The notes under the pieces were generated by a model that was given only the letters and a program-made list of their open reading frames with translations, ran no database searches and was not told where the DNA came from. From Octopus bimaculoides (lineage: Eukaryota), in the NCBI RefSeq assembly GCF_001194135.2, contig NC_068990.1:93921288-93985287 (forward strand): a stretch of 64,000 nt of DNA, in the 5' to 3' direction. The translations under genes and the position numbers were made by a program. Position 1 is the first letter of the stretch, and every line of letters starts with the position of its first letter. This document shows, one piece after another, positions 61,500 through 64,000 of this stretch.

Positions 61500-61940
61500 T
61501 CTTTCTTCCAGCAGAAGGTGACCAACTGGCAGGACCATTGGCACCCCAGGAAAAAGTGGTCAGTGACAGTACATCCAGCTTTATATTCTGAGTTCAAATT
61601 CTGCTGAGGTTGACCTTGCCTTTCATCCTTTTAGGGGTTGACAAAAGAAGTACCAATTAAACAGTGGGGTCAATGTAATCAACTAGTCCCCCGTCCCCTA
61701 AAACTTCAGACCTTGTGCCTGTACAGGAAAGAATTATTTCTTCCAGCAAATTGGTAGAATCGTTAGTGTGGCAGATACTTAATAGCATTTCTTCAGACTC
61801 TAGGTTCTGAATTCAAATTCAATCAGGACCAACTTTACCTTGTCGATTAGATAAAGTACCAATTAAATATTGGCGGGGGGTGGGGGGGTCAATGATTCCA
61901 ACTAATCCACACCACTCAAAATTGCTGGCCTTGTGCCACA
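61500..61940 (+). mobile_element. Two tandem SINE family B copies, followed by an RTE-type tail (about 61950-62120) and a partial copy (about 62170-62285)
   Basis: ttctgagttcaaattctgctgaggttgaccttgcctttcatcc core in the first copy and a degraded equivalent in the second. Confidence 0.72.
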
Positions 61941-63627
61941 ATTTGAAACCCAGTAAAAAGCACCCAGTACACTCTGTGGAGTGGTTGGCATTAGGAAGGA
62001 CATCCAGCTGTAGAAACCAGACCAAAACAGACAATGGAACTTGGTGTGGCTCCTGGTTTTATCAGCTCTGGTCAAACCGTTCCACCCATGCCAGCATAGA
62101 AAATGGACATATGATGCTGACGATTTCTTCCAGTTTTTGACATCAGCTCAAATCTCACTGATGTCAACTTTCCCTTTCAGCCTTTTGGGGTTGATGAAGT
62201 ACCAGTCAAATACTTGGGTGGGGGGAGTTCAATGGAATCAAATAATCCCCCTTCCCTCAAAACTGCTGCCCTTATACTGAATTAAAAAGTTATTTTAATT
62301 GTGGTAACAAGGTGAGGAACAACTGAATCCAAATTCAAAGTGAGTGTATCAAAGCTTTATCTTTTGGAGAGCAAAACAAGAATAAACTGTCTTTGCCTCT
62401 GAACCAAGCCAAATATCTGAAAGAGGAGAACAAAATATCAGAGCAGCCAATGGTCTGCAACCTTTCCTCCAGTCAGCCAGTAAGGGACTTCAAGTACATA
62501 TAAAAAAAAATACAATTTTGAAAAGTGACAATACTAACAATGAGAGGATGCTTTTAAATACTTGAAATATTTTTTTTTATTTTAAAATGTTTTGTCTGCC
62601 AGCATAAGAAAAGCACAAATGCTAAAAAATAAAATACATACAAAGAAAAAGAGAATCTGTAAAACACTTTATTTTAAAATAATTAACTACAATAAATAGT
62701 TGAAATAAAATTATATATTAATATTTATATCTCTTGGTCTTCTCTAAATCAAAGGAAACAGGAATTTCATAACTAGGAACTTTTATTTATTTATTTGTGT
62801 GTGGGTATGAATGTTGACAAGTAACAGTTTGCCAGTGACTTCAAAGTTTCAACTCACCAGCAGTTACAGTCTCTAGGCAACTAGGAAGCCAAAACTGCAG
62901 TCATTATCAACCTTTTTTTCTTCAAAAATTTGTTACTCTACTAAAGTGAGCCTTCAGTTAATATTAAATTGTTTTAATACATAACTTCATATAAAAACAA
63001 ATATCAAAATATTTAAAGATACAGATAAGGAAATAATTTTATTGTCAAATGCAGGATAATGCTAATAATAAAACATGAACAGGACAAACTATCCTTTTTG
63101 GCAGAAAACTGTGTCGGCGGCCAGTCACGAGACTCGAATGACTTTCAACGTAAGCTCAATTAAAGTATTTATATTTGCGTATGTGAGTGTATAAATACAT
63201 ATGAGAATGTGTATGCAAGTAGTTGTGTATGTGGATGTAGAAATACAATATGTGCATGATGAAAGAGAAGAAGAGAATGAAATGAAGATGTTATTATTTC
63301 AGTAATTGCTGTTACAACAAACAGAATAAGCTGTATACAGGTGATTCCAGGTAAAAAAAAAAAAAAAAAAGAATTAGACAATTGAAAGTTTTGGGTCATG
63401 CTTATAGAAAAGTAGATGAAATACTGCAAACAGGGGTTAGCTGAAATCCCTAACGGGTTCAGATTGCCAGACTAGTTCCACACAAAATCATGCTATTGTA
63501 AAATTGGAAATGCAAGCCCAAAAAAAAGTCAGAAGGTGCCTAAAATGCCTTTATTTTTGATATCTTTCTCTTTTTTTTTTTTGTTTGTTTTTATTCTGGT
63601 TTTAACCACAAATAAAAGGATGCTTAC

Positions 63628-63746
63628 CTGTTTTACGTAATGGAAAATCATCTTCATATTTCCCTAGTAGAGGCGATGGACCATAGGGTGGTGACAAACC
63701 ACTTTGTGGAGGAGAATTCTGTTCGACTGACCCTGGGTGACCCACC
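63628..63746 (-). CDS. HDAC4: Class IIa HDAC, most 5' exon in window: [39 protein letters not shown](A)
   Basis: Acceptor tttag| and donor |GTAAGC, phase 2 to 1. SPPQSG and DDFPLRKTA match the HDAC4 region leading into the first 14-3-3 site (human S246). Confidence 0.95.
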
Positions 63747-64000
63747 CTAAATATTAAAGAGAAACATGCATTAAAGAAAATAAAACTATCTTGGAGAAGA
63801 TTTCTAATAAAATTGATTGTTACTCAACAATATTTTAAGCTTTTATTCTCTTTTACAGGCACAAAAACTCAGAGTGGATACCATCTTATATGCTGAAGCA
63901 TACTCCAAAGTGACTTGGTCTGCATCAACAGGACATAGCAGACAGTAAAATCAGAGTGTAGTCAACTTTTTCCTAAAGGATTCCGTCTGAAACATTGGAC

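Noticed and set aside
1-64000. Class IIa Tyr-to-His catalytic switch and the MEF2-binding motif
   Set aside because: Both lie in exons outside this window and cannot be assessed.

Overview
This is AT-rich, microsatellite-dense eukaryotic DNA from a draft assembly with 8 N-gaps. The repeat content suggests a mollusc, probably an octopus (inference). The whole window is the internal part of one minus-strand gene, a class IIa histone deacetylase (HDAC4/5/7/9 family, HDAC4-like). I traced 16 coding exons with GT-AG ends and consistent phases, 2,063 nt or about 687 codons. They run from the first 14-3-3 site (DFPLRKTASEPN) to the middle of the deacetylase domain. The MEF2-binding N-terminus lies beyond 64,000 and the C-terminal exons lie before position 1. 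The introns hold decayed mobile DNA: at least three tRNA-type SINE families, RTE, CR1-like and R4-like LINE fragments, a Penelope-like GIY-YIG relic, a DD34D mariner relic, mariner-derived MITEs and TTAA-flanked MITEs. I cannot establish a new biological system from sequence alone. The best leads are several intronic hammerhead-ribozyme-like motifs (one with type III topology and a related copy elsewhere in the window), long fold-back hairpins that are candidate ADAR substrates in the pre-mRNA, and a Gly-to-Ala change in the conserved HDAC motif DVHHGN[G>A]TQ. Repeat boundaries are approximate; exon boundaries were read base by base.
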